From an uncultured Acidobacteriota bacterium (lineage in GTDB: Bacteria; Acidobacteriota; UBA6911): a stretch of DNA of 64,000 nt. The stretch covers positions 96,001 to 160,000 of the forward strand of contig CAWHCF010000044.1 of assembly GCA_963827655.1 (NCBI GenBank). Reading direction: 5' to 3'. A model generated the notes under the pieces. The model was given only the letters and a program-made list of their open reading frames with translations. It was not told the origin of the DNA and ran no database searches. Shown here piece after piece: positions 19,090 through 29,738 of this stretch (position 1 is its first letter; the number at the start of each line of letters is the position of its first letter). A program made the translations under genes and the position numbers.

Positions 19090-20506
19090 ATGATACGCCC
19101 ACAGAATAGATTCGCCGCCCCCAGGAACATGGCAGGAAGAGCCTGGTGGATTGCACCAACCAGAACGGCTTCAATTATCGGAAGTCCGGTGAGGATCGTT
19201 TCTGAAAAGAGCATTCCCACCAGCGTGCGCTGGCTTTTGCTGCTGTTCGTTTTCTCGATGCCGTTCGAGATGTATCCCTCGAGATTCACATCAGGCTCGC
19301 TCTCCCTGGCGAAAATTGCCGGCGCCTTGTTTATCGCCGTTTACCTTACCCACTACAACCCCTTCTCTCGGACTCGATCCCTCCCCCGTTTTCTCGGGCC
19401 ATGTGGTGGTTCGCCGGATATCTCGCCGTTTTCGCACTGAACGGCTTCTTTCTCGCGCCGGGATTGTTTGACAGTCTTTCTTTCGCGTTTTCTCACAATG
19501 GTGCAGCTGGTGGTCTTCTTCTGGATCGCTTCCGATCTGCTGAGAGACGAAGGCCTGGCAAGAAAAGCCTTTCAAACTTATGCGCTAGCCACATCTGCCG
19601 TGGCGCTCGGAATGCTTGTTGGTCTTACCGGATTATCCGTGACATACAAGACCAACGTCGGAGCAAGAATGTCATCGATGGGGTTCAACCCGAATACCCT
19701 GTCGGTCATAATAGTTCTGGCTGTGCTTGATACTGATGGGTTTGTACCTCATCTCGCCTCCGCTGCGATTACAGGAAGGTCTGGCTCGTGGCCTTGGCCC
19801 TGCCTCTACTTCCGGCTCTTGTAAGCACCGGGCTCCCGCAACGGAATCGTGATTTTCGTCTTAGGATTCCTGGTCTATCTGCTGCCCTCACGCCGCTATA
19901 GAGGCAAGCCGACGGTGCCGATCCTGGCCATGCTGGCGATAGCCGCCATCGTCTACTTCATTTCCCAGAATTCGACGACATTAACCCGCTTCCAGCAGAC
20001 TTACGAAAGAGGGGACTTCTCGGGACGGCTGGGTATTTACACCGAAGCAATCGAAATGATCTCCGAGCAACCCCTTTTCGGTTGGCGGCCCGTGGAGTTC
20101 TGGTATGAGTTTGGAAGACGTGTGTACGGGTTTTGGCGGATAAGGGATGCTCACAACACCTTATCTGCATCTGTTGCTGGAAGTCGGCTTCGCCGGGGCT
20201 ATTCCTTTCATGATTGGACTCTGGTTCTGCGCCCGCGCAGCGTGGAGAGGGCGCAACGGCACTTTTGGCCTTCTTCCTCTCGCGCTGGTGCTGGCGGTGC
20301 TCGCTGGCAGCATGTCAGGCACAGATATCGCGCGCAAGCATCTATGGTTTGTCCTGGCAATTGCGGTGGCTACTGAACCCGTCGTTGCCAGGCGCCGGGC
20401 AACCGAGTGGAGTCCCGCTAAAGCCCCGGCCTTGCGGACATACCCGGCGGGCACACTCCCGCAACACCCTCCCCATGTGCGGGATCGCGGGAAGCGTACA
20501 TTTTGA
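19090..20506 (+). CDS. O-antigen ligase/polymerase (Wzy/WaaL) family polytopic membrane protein (several frameshifts)
   Basis: Hydrophobic pieces in successive frames, with FNPNTL, STGSR, SGRLGIY...QPLFGW and DAHN-(T)YLHLLLEVG. Confidence 0.8.
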
Positions 20507-20520
20507 CCAGGAGTTTGCTC
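20475..20520 (+). pseudogene. N-terminal scar of an asparagine-synthase-type amidotransferase
   Basis: ATG TGC GGG ATC GCG GGA AGC GTA CAT TTT GAC = MCGIAGSVHFD overlaps the wzy stop, then similarity is lost. Confidence 0.5.
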
Positions 20521-20554
20521 ACGATTCAGAGTCGGCCGAACCGGCTTCTTACGA

Positions 20555-20613
20555 GCGGCAGCAAGCTGCCGCAACACAAGTGACGCAACGCAACGGCTTG
20601 CGACACTCCAAAG
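20555..20613 (-). repeat. REP-like element, copy B (inverted relative to 13434-13484)
   Basis: GCGGCAGCAAGCTGCCGC...GCTTGCGACACTCCAAAG. Its reverse complement aligns with copy A. Confidence 0.65.
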
Positions 20614-20673
20614 CGGGCTCGCTTGCGCAGTGCTGTAGCAGCATCGTAGAGCCAATTGCAACTGCTTCAAGAG

Positions 20674-22133
20674 ATGATTTACGACTGGAAAATGGAGCTC
20701 TACTGGCGCCTGCCGGTTTACCTGCAGGAGGCAGGAATGAGCCTTTATGCAGGCCGCCTCGAGCGGCTCTACTACGGCCCCGGATTCGAAGAGTGGCGCC
20801 GGCAGTGCCAGAAGTGGCAGAACTGGTCCCGCACGGACGCGGAAACCTGGCAGAGCGACCAACTTCGTTCGGTCGTGGCACTCGCTGCGACTCGCGTCCC
20901 CTACTACCGCGAACAATGGAAGAACCTGGATTACAAATCGGTACGGTCGGCAGCCGACCTCCGCATCTTGCCGCGTTTGGACAAACAGTCGATACGTCTG
21001 AACGAGCAGGCATTCCTGGTCGAGGGACTGAATCCAAAATCGCTCTGGATGGAGAAGACCAGCGGCACCACCGGGACTTCTCTGCGAATTTACTGGCCTA
21101 TGTCCATGCTGCCAAAGTTCTGGGCCGTGATGGAAGTGATGGTCCGAAATATCGCCGGCGTAGGACAGGATATTCCACGCGCCGTAATGGGGGGCCGGCC
21201 CATTGTTCGAGGCAGCGCCGGGCAACCCCCTTTCTGGCGCTTCAACCGCCGATGGCGGCAACTGTACCTGTCGAGCTATCACGTGTCTCCGGACACCGCC
21301 CAGGGCTACATCGGGGCCCTTCACCAATACGGTTCCCAATGGATGACCGGGTACGGCTCGGCCATTGCCGCCCTCGACAGAAAGCGCTCTGGGTGCGGCC
21401 ATTCAACCTTTTCGACTTGGTAACGTGATTGTGAGCGGTGACACGCTTCTTCCCGGGATGCGCCTCAGCATCGAACGCTTCTTTCAGTCGAAGTGTTTCG
21501 ACCACTATGGGCAGTGCGAGGGAGTCGCCATGGCTATGGAGTGTCCCAACGGCCAAATGCATGTCATTCCTGCCATCGGCATCCTGGAGATTTTGCGAGA
21601 GGATGGCACGCCCTGTGTTGCCGGCGAGACCGGCGAAATGGTCGCCACCGGTCTTCTGAACGACGCGATGCCTCTGATTCGCTACCGGCTGGGAGATTAT
21701 GCCGCCTGGGCCGAGACTCAGAACTGCGAGTGCGGCAATCCCCAACCCATCATCACGAATCTGGAAGGACGAGTGGATGATTATCTCGTCGCGCGCGATG
21801 GACGGAAAATCGGACGGCTGTCGACGGCGGTGAAACGAAGTCCCACGATCCATTCGGCCCAGATCGTGCAGGACGAACCAGGGCATGCGTTCCTGCTGGT
21901 GCGCCCGGGAGAAGGCTATCGGTCCGCAGATGCCGTTGCCGTTCGTGATGACATTCAGGAAAGGATTGGCGCGTTCTCCATCGAGATCGTGGAAGTTTCT
22001 GAAATTCCCAAGACGCGCCAGGGTAAGACTTCTCTGGTCGTGCGTCTTGCAGATCGGCCGGGAACACGGGAAATCTACGAGCCAAGTGCTCAACCGCGCG
22101 ACGAGCGACGCCGGATGGTCCACGCCGTGCTAA
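20674..22133 (+). CDS. Phenylacetate-CoA ligase-like / CapK-family adenylating enzyme (frameshifted near 21380 and 22080)
   Basis: VPYYR, LPRLDK, KTSGTTG P-loop, DHYGQCE, MPLIRYRLGD, EGRVDD, IPKTRQGK. Confidence 0.87.
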
Positions 22134-23299
22134 CGACCAACCCGTCATCCCGTACAGCTGAGGCCCCGTCAAAGCGTCGATACCGTGTTCTGGTCTTTTC
22201 GGTAATTGCGCTGGTCTTCGGTACTTCGGTTTCCCTGCTCCTGGCAGAGTTTGCGGTTCGCCTTTTCAATCCTCAAACACTGACGTCGGACGTTGTCGAG
22301 TGGGATCCCGACGTCGACTACCGCTTGCGGCCGAACGCGCGGGGGCGGATGGTCTCGCCGGAATTCTCGGCAGAAATCCGCGTGAATTCTCTGGGATTTC
22401 GGGGTCCGGAAATCTCTCCGGTGAAGAAACCGGGGGTTCGCAGGGTTCTGTTCCTGGGCGATTCCTTCATGTTCGGGGCCGGACTCAAGGAGCACGAAAC
22501 GCTACCCTATGCGGTCAGCCGCGAGTTGGAGCGGAGACACGCCGGCGATTTTGAGGCCATCAATGGCGGGCGTATACGGCTACCAAACCGCCAATGAGTT
22601 AGAATTCTTCACGAAGTTCGGAGTTCCACTCCACCCCGATATTGTCGTGATTCTGGTCATGACCCACGACATGGTTCAGAACACAGACTGGTATGAGTGG
22701 ACCGGCGACGGGCAGCTGAAGAGAAGACCCTTTACCAGCCAATACACGCAAAGCCGGGCTATAACGCGTTATTTGCCCGGGGCTTCCTGGCTCCGAGAAC
22801 ATAGCCACCTGTTCAAATTCGTCGGCACGAGGGTTCTCCCAACAGTCACTGCGGGCGAAAACCCTAAATCGGAACTCGCCGGTGGTTCCCCGCGAGCCAA
22901 GCCCGCAACCGGTCAAACACGACCAATTCTCGCCTGAGTTCTACCAGGAGGAGAGCGGGGCTTTTCGGGTTACCACCGAGTTGCTGGCCAGGCTTGTCGA
23001 CGTCTGCAAGGAGAACGGCGCCAAGTGCATTCTCTTGACACTTGGGGGGACAGCGGACGAAAACATGGCGGGAGGGCTTTCGCCCAGGGAAATGCTGCCG
23101 CACGAGCAGCTGATTGCAGCCGGATTCAAAGTGGGCTTTTCGGACGCCCTGGCCCTGCCTACGATTCTCGCCGGTTACAGGGGAAATGAAAATCTGTTCT
23201 TCCCGAAGGATCTCCATTGGACGGCGCACAGCGACGAGTTTCGTCGCTCCCGCGGTTGCGGACGCAATCCTCCGGGTCTCCGGTCAGGATCATCCATGA
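22115..23299 (+). CDS. SGNH/GDSL-family membrane-anchored protein (frameshifted)
   Basis: TM LLLAEFAVRLF, RVNSLGFRG, FLGDSFMFG, INGG-VYGY, FFPKDLHWT, spread over several frames. Confidence 0.82.
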
Positions 23300-24345
23300 A
23301 CAGCGGTGCCTGTTGTTTCGATTGTTATCCCATGCCGGAACGAGGCGGAGCATATCGGAACCTGTGTACGATCGCTCCTGGCGCAGGACTTCCCTGCCGC
23401 GCAGCTCGAGGTGATCGTCGCCGACGGCATGTCCGAGGATGGAACGCGCGACGTGGTAGGACGGCTCTCGCAGGAAGACGCGCGCGTCACGATGGTCGAA
23501 AACCAGGGCCGCATCGTCTCAACCGGCTTGAATGCCGCTATTGGCGCAGCTCGCGGCCGGATCGTTATCCGCGCGGATGCGCATACCGAGTATGCTGCCT
23601 GACTATGTGAGCCAGTGCGTGGCTGTCCTCCGGGAGACCGGCGCCGACAACGTAGGCGGACCCTGGGTGGCTAAAGGGAAGGGTCTGATGGGTCGGGCGA
23701 TTGCAGCCGCATTTCAGTCGAGCTTTGCCGTGGGCGGAGCTCGCGGGCACGACGCCAATTATGAAGGAAGCCTCGACACGGTCTATCTCGGATGCTGGCC
23801 TCGCGAGGTCTTCGACCGGATCGGTCTCTTTGACGAAGAACTGGTCCGCAACCAGGACGATGAATTCAACCTGCGTCTGGCCAGGGCCGGGGGCAAGATC
23901 TGGCAATCACCCCGCATAAGGAGCTGGTACACCCCGCGCGGGTCGCTGGCAGAGCTGTTCCGCCAGCAGATGCAGTATGGATACTGGAAAGTCCGGGTCA
24001 TCCAGAAGCACCGGATGCCCGCCTCAATCCGGCACCTGATTCCGGCGTTGTTTGTGATGTCGGTGTTCCTGCTTCCAGTCTTATTCCCCTGGTCGGCTCT
24101 TGCGGGTTGGACCTGGCTTGCATTGGCAGGAACTTATTCCGATTTCTAACATTGCAGCTTCAACGATGGCGGCTGCGCGGCATGGGTGGGACCTCCTTCC
24201 TCTCCTTCCTCCCGTGTTCGCCTGCTACCATTTCGGCTATGGCTGGGGCTTCCTGCGGGGAATCTGGGATTTCGCGATTGTTCGGCGCGGACCCGGGTTC
24301 AGCCAGACCAAACTGACGCGTCGACTGCACACGTCCCGCGGGTGA
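23296..24345 (+). CDS. Glycosyltransferase family 2, ExoA-like (frameshifted)
   Basis: VSIVIPCRNE, VADGMSEDGT, RADAH, FDEELVRNQDDEFNLR, C-terminal TM helices. Confidence 0.88.
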
Positions 24346-24355
24346 TTCGCAAAAG

Positions 24356-25266
24356 ATGGAAACTACACCAATGAAAGTCCAGGAAACCGAGCTGAGAGTG
24401 CCGGGGCTGGAAGCAGCTGCCGCCCGGCACGCAAGCCGGACCCGATATTCCGCCCATCCGCATCGAAGCGCGCCAAGGTTGGGTATCGCTCAAGCTGCGT
24501 GAGGTCTGGGAGTATCGCGAGCTGTTGTTTTTCCTCACCTGGCGAAACATCCAGGTACGATACAAGCAAACGGCGCTGGGCGTGACCTGGGCCATCATCC
24601 AGCCTCTCTTCACGATGGCGGTGTTCAGCCTGTTTTTCGGCCGGCTGGCCAAGGTCCCGTCCGATGGCATTCCTTATCCGATCTTTGCCTTCGCCGCCCT
24701 GGTGCCGTGGACGTTCTTTTCCAACGGATTGAGCCAGTCCTCCAACAGCCTGGTGGGCAACTCCAATCTGATAAAGAAGGTGTACTTTCCTCGCCTCACT
24801 ATCCCGGTATCCACGGTGCTCTCAGGGGTGGTGGATTTCATGCTGGCATTCGTCATGGTGCTGGGGATGATGTTCTACTACCGCATCGTACCCACGGCCA
24901 ATGTGCTCTGGATTCCACTGTTGCTGCTGCTCGCGCTGGTGACCTCCCTCGGTGTCGGGCTATGGCTGTCGGCGCTGAACGTGCAGTACCGCGACGTCCA
25001 GCACGCCGTCCCCTTCCTGACCCAGTTCTGGATGTTCAGCACGCCTATCGCTTACCCCAGCAGCCTGCTGTCCGAACCCTGGCGCACTATATACGCGACT
25101 GAATCCGATGGTCGGCGTGGTGGAAGGCTTCCGGTGGGCGCTCCTGGGAACCCAACCCGCTCCCGGAGCGATCCTTGTCGCCTCGTCCCTGGTGGCGGTG
25201 CTGGTCCTCGTCGGCGGCGCGTTTTATTTCCGCCGCATGGAAAAGACCTTTGCGGACGTTATTTGA
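24356..25266 (+). CDS. wzm: Polysaccharide ABC transporter permease (frameshifted)
   Basis: VWEYRELLFFLTWRNIQVRYKQTALG, LIKKVYFPR, NPM...FRW, FRRMEKTFADVI. Confidence 0.92.
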
Positions 25267-25302
25267 GTCTTCGCGCTCAACCATTTCAACGGATCAATAA
25301 TC

Positions 25303-26574
25303 ATGAGTGATGCTGTTATTCGCATGGAAGGACTGGGAAAGGTCTTCCGCATCGGCGCCCGGCACGAAGGTTACAAGACGCTGCGCGACACGCTGTCCAA
25401 TGCCTGCACTGCGCCTTTCCGCCGGATCCGCACGACGCTCCAGGGTTCGAGAATCAAGCCCTCCAGTGACGAAAACACGATCTGGGCCTTGAAAGACCTC
25501 TCGTGCGAGGTGAAGCGCGGGGAGGTGGTAGGAATCATCGGGCGCAATGGAGCGGGCAAGAGCACGTTGTTGAAAATCCTTTCTCGCATCACGGAGCCGA
25601 CCGTCGGATTTGCCGAGATTCGCGGCCGAGTGAGGTCGCTGCTCGAGGTCGGCACCGGCTTTCACCAGGAGCTGACCGGCCGGGAAAACGTCTACCTCAA
25701 TGGCGCGATCCTGGGCATGAAAAAGTCGGAGACCGACCGAAAATTCGACGAGATCGTGGCCTTCTCCGAGATAGAAAAGTTCATTGATACGCCCGTGAAG
25801 CATTACTCCAGCGGCATGTACCTGCGACTGGCTTTTGCCGTCGCCGCCCACCTGGAGCCGGAGATTCTGCTGGTGGACGAGGTCCTGGCCGTCGGCGATG
25901 CAGCGTTCCGGAACAAGTGCGTGGGGAAAATGGGAGAGGTGGCGCAGAAAGGGCGAACCGTGATCTTCGTGAGTCACAACATGGGGGTGATTCAGTCTCT
26001 TTGCAACACGGGAATCCTCCTGGAAGACGGTAAGATCACTTTTAAAGGACCGACCCAGCAGGCTGTAACGAAGTATCTCGGATCGGTCGAGCAACTGCGA
26101 ACCAAGCCGATCGAGACGCGGCAAGATCGCATTGGCGGCAATACCTTCAGGTTCAAACGCGTCCAGTTTCTCAATCCTGAAACCATGGCGCCCTGGAGGA
26201 CCCTGGTCTCGGGTCAACGCGTGATTGTCCGGCTCGAATATGAATGCTTATCCAGCCAGACCCTCGAAGATGTTGGGATCGGTATCGCATTTCATACCGC
26301 CAACAACATCCACCTCTTTGCCTGCAGGAACCGAGCCGTTGGAGTAACACTTAAGGTTCACCCGGGAGAGGGTTACACGGATTGCATCATTCCAAAGTGG
26401 CCGCTCAAAGCCGGGCGCTACTCCTACCATCTCTATGCCGACCGAAGGGATACGCCGCTGGATTACGTCACCGACGCGGGTTCTCTGGATATAGAAGCCA
26501 ACGACTACTATGGCACGGGGTATCTTCCGGCTCCGGGCCAACCCGGAGTTCTGATCGACTATGCCTGGGAATAA
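25303..26574 (+). CDS. wzt: Polysaccharide ABC transporter ATP-binding protein with C-terminal Wzt_C domain
   Basis: GRNGAGKST, YSSGM, LLVDEVLAVGD, VSH, and a C-terminal beta-rich extension (PLKAGRY). Confidence 0.95.
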   Translation: MSDAVIRMEGLGKVFRIGARHEGYKTLRDTLSNACTAPFRRIRTTLQGSRIKPSSDENTIWALKDLSCEVKRGEVVGIIGRNGAGKSTLLKILSRITEPTVGFAEIRGRVRSLLEVGTGFHQELTGRENVYLNGAILGMKKSETDRKFDEIVAFSEIEKFIDTPVKHYSSGMYLRLAFAVAAHLEPEILLVDEVLAVGDAAFRNKCVGKMGEVAQKGRTVIFVSHNMGVIQSLCNTGILLEDGKITFKGPTQQAVTKYLGSVEQLRTKPIETRQDRIGGNTFRFKRVQFLNPETMAPWRTLVSGQRVIVRLEYECLSSQTLEDVGIGIAFHTANNIHLFACRNRAVGVTLKVHPGEGYTDCIIPKWPLKAGRYSYHLYADRRDTPLDYVTDAGSLDIEANDYYGTGYLPAPGQPGVLIDYAWE

Positions 26575-26609
26575 ACACCCCCGGCCCGTTACTCAATGAG
26601 GCAATATCG

Positions 26610-27572
26610 ATGCAAGCAGGTTTGAGGAGAGGCGGTCTGAAAGTAGAAGAGCCGCTTGTCCTCCAAGAAAGAATCCAGGTGCGATCCAGCCAATTCAAGC
26701 AGGCGCGAAGCCTGGCGAAAGAGCTGCGGCCCCAGCAATGGGTCAAGAATCTCTTTGTGCTCGCTCCGCTGCTTTTCTCGCAGAACCTTTTTACGCCAGG
26801 CGCCGTCGGACGTGCTCTAACGGCCTTCGTGCTCTTTTGTCTCGCCAGCAGCTCGGTCTACTTGTTGAACGATATCAGAGACCGCGAACAGGACCGGCTG
26901 CACCCGAGAAAGCGACACCGCCCGCTTGCCAGCGGTGAACTGAGCGTGTCGCTTGCCGCAGGAGTAATGATAGCGCTCTTGCTGTCGGCTCTGGCAGGGG
27001 CGTGGATGATTAGCAAGCCGTTGGCTCTCGTGCTTTTGGGCTACTGGCTGATCAACCTCCTGTACTCCACCTGGCTCAAACACCAGGTTATTCTCGATGT
27101 CTTTGCCATTGCCTCCGGTTTCGTTCTCCGCGTGGCTGGTGGAGGCCTGGCCATTCAGGTGGAAATCAGTCATTGGTTGTTTCTCTGTACCACTCTGCTC
27201 GCCCTTTTCCTTGGCTTCAGCAAGCGGCGTCATGAACTCGGGCTTCTAAAAGCAGGGGCGCAGGCCCATCGAGAGGTGCTGGCGGACTACAATCCTGGCT
27301 TTCTCGATATGATGATCGCCATTGTGACCGCGTCCACGGTGATGAGCTACGCCCTTTACACGGTCAGCGAGGACACGGTGCGCCGCTTTCACACACACGC
27401 GCTCATGCTGACACTGCCCTTCGTGCTCTACGGCATTTTCCGTTACCTTTATCTGATCCATCATAAAAACGAGGGAGGCGATCCCACGCAAAGCTTGTTG
27501 ACGGACATCCCGATGCTCGCCAACCTTTGCCTGTGGGCGCTGACCGCGGGCGTAATTGTATACTGGCGCTGA
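26610..27572 (+). CDS. UbiA-family polyprenyl-phosphate phosphoribosyltransferase (Rv3806c/NoeC-like)
   Basis: LRPQQWVKNL, YLLNDIRDREQDRLHPRKRHRPLASG, YSTWLK, KRRHE, YGIFRYLY, DPT. Confidence 0.9.
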   Translation: MQAGLRRGGLKVEEPLVLQERIQVRSSQFKQARSLAKELRPQQWVKNLFVLAPLLFSQNLFTPGAVGRALTAFVLFCLASSSVYLLNDIRDREQDRLHPRKRHRPLASGELSVSLAAGVMIALLLSALAGAWMISKPLALVLLGYWLINLLYSTWLKHQVILDVFAIASGFVLRVAGGGLAIQVEISHWLFLCTTLLALFLGFSKRRHELGLLKAGAQAHREVLADYNPGFLDMMIAIVTASTVMSYALYTVSEDTVRRFHTHALMLTLPFVLYGIFRYLYLIHHKNEGGDPTQSLLTDIPMLANLCLWALTAGVIVYWR

Positions 27573-27611
27573 GCGTTACTCCCTTTATCGATCGCATTAC
27601 CAACATCTACT

Positions 27612-29531
27612 ATGAAGCTCGAACAAAAAAGAGTCCTGATTACCGCACTCCTGGCGCTCTCCATCGCCATCATTGGATACCTGGCTTACCGGGATATGCT
27701 GGGTTATTTCTTCACTGCCCAGGACAGCACCACGTTGATCGACACCGGCCGGGTCCGATCCTTTCGAGATGTGCTGCGTATATTCAATGAACCCTTGATG
27801 AACGGCACAACTCTCACGAAACTGTCGCTCTTTTATCGCCCCATCGCGACGCTCTCGTACAGTCTTGACTACTCCATCTGGGGATTAAACCCATTTGGCT
27901 ATCACTTGACCGATCTGATACTGCACATTCTGGTTTCTCTCTCTGTTTTCCTGGTCCTGCTCCGCTTGACCGAGGGCAAGCCGGCTGTCGCCTGGCTCGG
28001 CGCCGTCATCTTTACCGTTCACCCAATCCTGGTTGAAAGCGTCCCCGCAATTCCGCGCCGGCACGATACTATTGCAGTGCTATTCCTGCTCGTCTCTCTG
28101 TTACTTTTTATCAAGCACCTCTCCGGCCAAAAGCGCCGGCGAGTTTACCTGTTCGGCTCTCTCGTCTGTTATCTTCTGGCATTGGGCGCCAAGGAGATTG
28201 CGGTGATATTTCCCGCGCTGATTCTCGGCTATCTGGTTATCTTTTCGCCCAACCGAAAGTCAATCTTCGCCCGGATAGGTGGCGCGTTGAAATCGTCACT
28301 TCCCTTTCTGGTCGTCACACCGCTATTTCTCGGCTTTAGAGCTTATATCGTACGCGGAGTTGGAGGATATGATCCCACCCTGGTCCCATCGTCCGACAAG
28401 TTAAACTTCTTCACCGGTACGCTCACCGACTATGCGGCGGATCTGGTTTATCCGGTATCGTTCGCGGTAACCTTCTTTCAACCCTTTCCGACCTTACTGC
28501 AGAGAGTGGGCTCGCAAGTCGCGCTCCTTCTCTTCTTTGTTCTCCTTTGCCTTTACCGACGGGCGCTTTTCAAAATAATCGGTTACCCCAGACGGCAGGC
28601 GCTACGGACGGCAATGATAGGACTGGCAGGCGTTGCGGTTTTTTGCCTGATCGCAATCCTCGCCTACCCATCCCTCGCCCCTTTTGTCAACGGCGCGATC
28701 AAACGAGCTTACCAGGACCAAGGACCTGCCTTTCTGAGCGCTGCCATGACGAATCGTCATGAGGTTCCGGTCGAAGCTTACTTTTACCGGGCGGGAGAAT
28801 TACTCAGTTCCGGGTTTTCGAAGTTATTCTTTCTAGCCGCAATTTCCTTCGGCATCCTGATTGGCTTTGACAAGCGGGAAAAGATAAAGCGGTTTCTATC
28901 CGAATCTCATACCGGGATGACTTTGAGCTTCCTGGTGATCTGGCTGCTTGTTCCTCTCGGTGTCTACTTGCTAACGTTCACCTTCACTCATCGTTACATG
29001 TATCTTTCAGTGATCCCTTTCAGCGGTATTGTGGCAATCCTGATTTCCCAGTCCGTTGACTCGACCCGATCATTGATCAGAAGGGGCAACTCCAACGGTT
29101 TCTCGCTGTCGTTCGCGCTTACGGAGCCCCCCGCCTTCGCTTTCCTGATGCTCTCGACGGTGACCTTCTCGCTCCTGGCCTATTCGCCTCTGGTACGCAC
29201 GTACGGCGAGTGGAAGGACAGCGCAGCGATATCATCGACGATTCTGCACCGGTTGACTCAGGTTGTGGATGAACTTCCCAATGATGCCGTGGTTGAGGTG
29301 TTCAATCTTCCTGAGCGTATTGCTTCGTACGAGACCACGATTCCGCACGTCAAGACACCTTCATACCTGGCGGACTACAGCATCAAGTCCTGGTTAGACT
29401 TGCATCGTCCGGCTAACAGAATCACCGTTCTGGTCAGCAGTCGATCGAAGCCCGAGTCCTTTCCCCGGGGGCTAGACCTCGAAGTGAAAAAAGGGGGAAA
29501 CAAGAAGCGTAGAAGTCACTATCTCATTTGA
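27612..29531 (+). CDS. GT-C fold polytopic membrane glycosyltransferase (TMTC-like N-terminus)
   Basis: FYRPI...DYSIWGLNPFGYHL...LH, FTVHPILVESV, AKE, RYMYL, many TM helices. Confidence 0.75.
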   Translation: MKLEQKRVLITALLALSIAIIGYLAYRDMLGYFFTAQDSTTLIDTGRVRSFRDVLRIFNEPLMNGTTLTKLSLFYRPIATLSYSLDYSIWGLNPFGYHLTDLILHILVSLSVFLVLLRLTEGKPAVAWLGAVIFTVHPILVESVPAIPRRHDTIAVLFLLVSLLLFIKHLSGQKRRRVYLFGSLVCYLLALGAKEIAVIFPALILGYLVIFSPNRKSIFARIGGALKSSLPFLVVTPLFLGFRAYIVRGVGGYDPTLVPSSDKLNFFTGTLTDYAADLVYPVSFAVTFFQPFPTLLQRVGSQVALLLFFVLLCLYRRALFKIIGYPRRQALRTAMIGLAGVAVFCLIAILAYPSLAPFVNGAIKRAYQDQGPAFLSAAMTNRHEVPVEAYFYRAGELLSSGFSKLFFLAAISFGILIGFDKREKIKRFLSESHTGMTLSFLVIWLLVPLGVYLLTFTFTHRYMYLSVIPFSGIVAILISQSVDSTRSLIRRGNSNGFSLSFALTEPPAFAFLMLSTVTFSLLAYSPLVRTYGEWKDSAAISSTILHRLTQVVDELPNDAVVEVFNLPERIASYETTIPHVKTPSYLADYSIKSWLDLHRPANRITVLVSSRSKPESFPRGLDLEVKKGGNKKRRSHYLI

Positions 29532-29738
29532 GGGCAATACCTCAAAAAACGTCGAAAAGGGCTTCATTTCAAAGAATTAGATGCGATTGCTTAAAAGCTG
29601 AGTGGCGGTCACCGATTTTTACTCAGCGTGCCGCAACAAAACCGGCCTTTGCGCATCTTCGCAGCAGTTGGAGCGTTAGGACCAAAGACTGCCGCCGAGA
29701 CTCTAAGCAACACGAAGAAAAAAGGAGAGTTTGAACCG

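Noticed and set aside
20161-21402. Long minus-strand ORFs (e.g. 20161-21402, 14192-15082, 57349-58275, 25294-26217)
   Set aside because: Antisense shadows of well-supported + strand genes in GC-rich DNA, with no recognisable motifs.
21365-22597. CapK-SGNH fusion ORF
   Set aside because: Best explained by an indel near 22080. The capK end continues in another frame to 22133 and the SGNH gene has its own ATG and TM anchor.
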